Shown here: in pieces, positions 60,401 through 64,000 of the stretch
Layout: every line of letters begins with the position of its first letter
How positions within the stretch are numbered: position 1 is the stretch's first letter
Source of the DNA: Vicugna vicugna
Taxonomy: Eukaryota
Length of the DNA stretch: 64,000 nt
NCBI GenBank assembly: GCA_013265495.1
Contig: MU058687.1
Coordinates: 496,001-560,000 of the forward strand
Direction: 5' to 3'
Position numbers and translations under genes: made by a program
Notes under the pieces: model-generated
The model's database searches: none
Told to the model about the DNA's origin: nothing
Seen by the model: only the letters and a program-made list of their open reading frames with translations

Positions 60401-63400
60401 AGTTTTTCTGTTATATATATTTAAAAGGTCATATCAAACAACAAGAAAGTAGGGAAATATATTCTTCCTTCCTAGTGAGTTAAGTCCATACTACTGTCCA
60501 ATGAACCATGCATGAAGATTCATAGACATTTTCTTTAGTGCCTTAAACTAGAACTACCTGCAGTTAAAAACCAGATTCTAATTTTACAAACAAGGCCACC
60601 TCTAACAATATTAAAATGAAATGATACTATTCCCTGGCTTAAAGAAAAATTCTCCAGTAACCATGGGAGTGCTTGTGGTAGGAAGACAGCATCTTAAATC
60701 TCTATGTAAGTCATACACAAAGTGTTACTGCAACGAAAAAATAGTGGCGTGAATAATACCTGCTCACGGCCCAAGACACTTGATGTATCTTGGGCCTTAG
60801 TGTTTGTTGGGTTTTGCAATTTCATGAGCAAGATTTGTATTTTTTTTCAGTTCTATATTTCTGTGTGTTCCACTTGATGTCAAATCTGTATTCTTAGATT
60901 GTAGTATCCCATTAAAAAAATAATCTCAGCCCCTCCTTCCCTCCCCTCTCCCTCCCCCCTCCACACTCATTTTGTATAATATGGTAATGATATCACCGTA
61001 GAAGTAATTACGGGTCATCTTCATTTCTTTCATCTCTGCCTGTTCTGATGGCTTCATTCCTTTGACGGAAAAGATTTGGCTCTGGGTGCTATGATTATTT
61101 TGTTAAGCGTTATTCGAATAGACAGGAGTGAGAGAAATTAATCAATCCAAATGCAATTAGCATCATGTTTAACCCAGTGATGGACGTCTCAAGGTGAAAC
61201 AGCCAGGGGAGTTTCAGACATTATTATTCAATCCTGTGGTTCTTATCTAAATTATAATCAAGAGAGGTTTTTATTGGCCTCGCAGTGTGAGGATGTAACT
61301 CTTTCCCTGCTCTGGGGGGTCAAGAAAACTGGGCCTGCATCCTCTGTAGACTTTAGCTACTTCCAGCACCTTGGGGTGGAGATGTTCCAAGCAGGAAAGT
61401 TGTCTTAATGTCCACGTCTTTTGAAATTTATCTATACTGTGATGTTGCTCTGATTTTCCCAAGAGTGGAATATTGCCTATGAATATATTACTCTGTCTAA
61501 CTTGGGGCAAAAATATTTTGTGTACTGATGAAGTCACTTTGACTAGTTGTTGTTCTTAACTTAATGTGATAGATTATTATTGCTGTACTCATTTTATGGA
61601 TGAGGAAATTAAGACTGTGTGAAGCTACTAGCCTTTGGTCATAATAAGTGTTTCACCACGATGTATTACTGTGTAAAGGCCCTGAAGTGTGAATGTTCTG
61701 CAACAATTTATGAGTATTTATTAAAAGTTTGCTCCAAGAGTATTAGTCCCTTGCTTTGTTCTCAGTGCCTTTCATTCACTTGAGTTTACCCTTGGAAAGA
61801 GAAGCAAGTGAAACTATGAAATAGGCCTGTGGAGCCCTCTGAAGAGGAAACAAAATACAAATAAGAAGTTATTAGCTCTCATTTTTAAACACAATTCTTT
61901 ACTGTTTGTTGTTGTTTTGGTTTGTTTTTTAGTAGGGAGAAGGATGATGAAAAGGATTGAATATTTGAAATCTAGTCTTGTTTTGCTGTTAAAAGTGGGC
62001 AGAGCAAGGAGAGTTGATGCAAAAACACAGGCTTTCCTTTCACCTGAACACAACATTTTTCAAATGCCTGACAATTAAGATTCTTCTACTTCTGCTTTCA
62101 ATCTTCAGGCATCATGGCTGACACTTCCCATATTTTATGTTCCTGCTTGATGTTTTATATTCTGAGAATAAATCTGTTGGCTGGATATTTCTGTCCTTTT
62201 TTTTCCCCCTGTTGTGAAAAGCCATTAAAATTATTTTCCATATTGGAACTGTCCAAATGCGTTTACCTGTACCTTGAGTCCTGGCTTTTCTTTTTTATAT
62301 CACTTCTTGGATAACACGTTCTCTGGAAATGGGCCTTACTATGACTTGAAGAAAAAAACGTTTGATATAAAATTATCTCTCTGAATTCACTGGAGGGAAC
62401 GCTGTTCTTACCCAACCCTTTTGGAAGAAGAAGTCCTGTTAGAGAGACAAGACACCCAGTAGAAGGAGAATCTGAAAAGTGTGCCCCAACAAGGAGTTTT
62501 TGAGAATTCTTAGGATAAAGATTTTCATAGTCAATGATTTTAGTTTGGTCACAGATGTAGCATCCAGACTGTTCTTTTCCTCAGATGTGTATTTCATTCT
62601 CCTTTTTTAAATGCTTATGCCCAAAAGATTTTGGGCAAAAGCCTCAAGGCTCTTCTGCCTGTATTCAAATGCTCCTTTTATATGTTTTAGAGAAAAGTGA
62701 AATTTCTACTAAAGACTCTTACTTGGGTGAACTCCCCCACAATGTTCAGGAGGTCTTATTGCAATTATATCACCTTCTGAGCGCCACCAAGTATTCTGAT
62801 GAGATACTAAGAGAGCCTTTTTCATCCAGAGACACCATGATCAGTTCATAGCACCTACTGCTCTTGACAATTGCCCCAGCCCCAGCTGCTCTTATGTTAG
62901 AGGCATTACAAAGTGCTTAGTCCTTGACTTGAGTCATCGATCACTTAGCCATACGTTTTGTGCAGAGATCTGAGCTGGAGCACGGTGAAGAATCTCAGTC
63001 TGGCAGACTGCCTGGAACTGCTCTGCTGTACGCCGGCTCTGTGCCAGAGTGACAGGAAAACTTCCACATTCCTGGGAGAGAGAACTCAGCATTATAAACC
63101 ACACTGGTTTCCTTTGTTCTCCCCTAATGTAGCAAGATACCTGTGAACAGCTAGCTCACTCCATCTCAAAGGCCACTTCTAATTTATTTGAATTTTCCCT
63201 AATACCTATTACATAGTAAGGTCTCCATGTGACTAACAACTATTCATCCACCCACTTCATGCTTCTCCTGCACAGCACACACTGATGCTGGGAGATCCCT
63301 TGTTATTGGAACGCATTCAGCATTTCAAGGACCAAAGAATAATTTTTAAGGAAAAGTCAAAACCACAGTTATAATAAATGGTATCATTTCTACAAAACAT

Positions 63401-63645
63401 CTTCTATAAAGCTAATTAAGTAAATAACCTTTTTTAGCCCATTGATTTAAACCAAACTAACTGTGGTTTTGTGTGTTGCTTTTTGCCAGAAGAAGCTACT
63501 GGTATGGTTAAGGAAGGTGGCTGCCTTTAACTAATACCCAAGTTTGATCCTCCAGACTATCCGTGTTACACAGATGAAAGTCATTCACATTTCTTTCTGT
63601 TTTGTATTTGAGATCTTTAAAAAAAATAAATAAATAAATAGTTCA

Positions 63646-64000
63646 TCCCCTTTTTGCCACTCTTGGTGCTACTTGTATGATCGTTTGGTACTAACCTGGT
63701 ACCTCTTCTCAGTGGCAGCTGAGGAGACTCTGTCGTTTTCCATGGTAGATGAAAAACCCCAGGAAGGTGTCAAGACTAAAAACAATCATATTAATTTGAA
63801 GGTGGCCAGGCAGGACGGTTCCGTGGCGCACAGATTAAGATTAGGAGGCGTACACCACTTAGTAACCTAATGAGAGCTTCCTATGAAGGGTAGGGTTTGT
63901 CAATGAGGCAGATCAGATTCCAGTTTAATGGGCAGCCAATTCAGGAAACCGACACACTTGCACAGTTGGAAATGGAGTTTAAAGACAGTCAGCATGTTCT
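63646..64000 (+). pseudogene. SUMO2: Processed SUMO2 pseudogene (runs off the window end)
   Basis: SUMO2-like 5' UTR (CCTGGTACCTCTT..GGCAGCTGAGGAGACTC) and ATG at 63742. It reads [28 protein letters not shown], frameshifts at about 63830, then [48 protein letters not shown], with an in-frame TAG at 63891. Intronless. Confidence 0.95.

Noticed and set aside
63673..63870. 65-aa ORF with a SUMO-like segment as a functional gene
   Set aside because: It frameshifts before most of the ubiquitin-like fold, and the native frame has a stop at 63891.
1..64000. Naming the host gene
   Set aside because: No host exon is recognisable, so any symbol would be a guess.

Overview
AT-rich, CpG-depleted mammalian non-coding DNA, most likely camelid. 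It carries seven copies of a tRNA-Ala-derived SINE resembling camelid vic-1 and several cetartiodactyl-type L1 3' ends. I found no intact host exon, tRNA/rRNA gene or CRISPR array, and I cannot name the host locus; it looks like a large intron or gene desert. Much of the window is repeats: young SINEs and L1 tails with target-site duplications (TSDs), old L1M, HAL1, L2, MIR, CR1, hAT and Tigger MITEs, MaLR LTRs and a solo ERV1 LTR. There are two processed pseudogenes. One is a 5'-truncated PPP4C copy (55656-56161) that retains a 52-aa open frame ending DYFL through compensating frameshifts. The other is a disabled SUMO2 copy running off the right edge. The best structural finds are an apparent L1 3' transduction (8654-9205) and a smaller one (38193-38364). 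Several repeat-free, homeodomain-motif-rich blocks look like conserved developmental enhancers. I see no evidence of a wholly new biological system. Repeat family names are from recall of consensus sequences and need Dfam/RepeatMasker confirmation.
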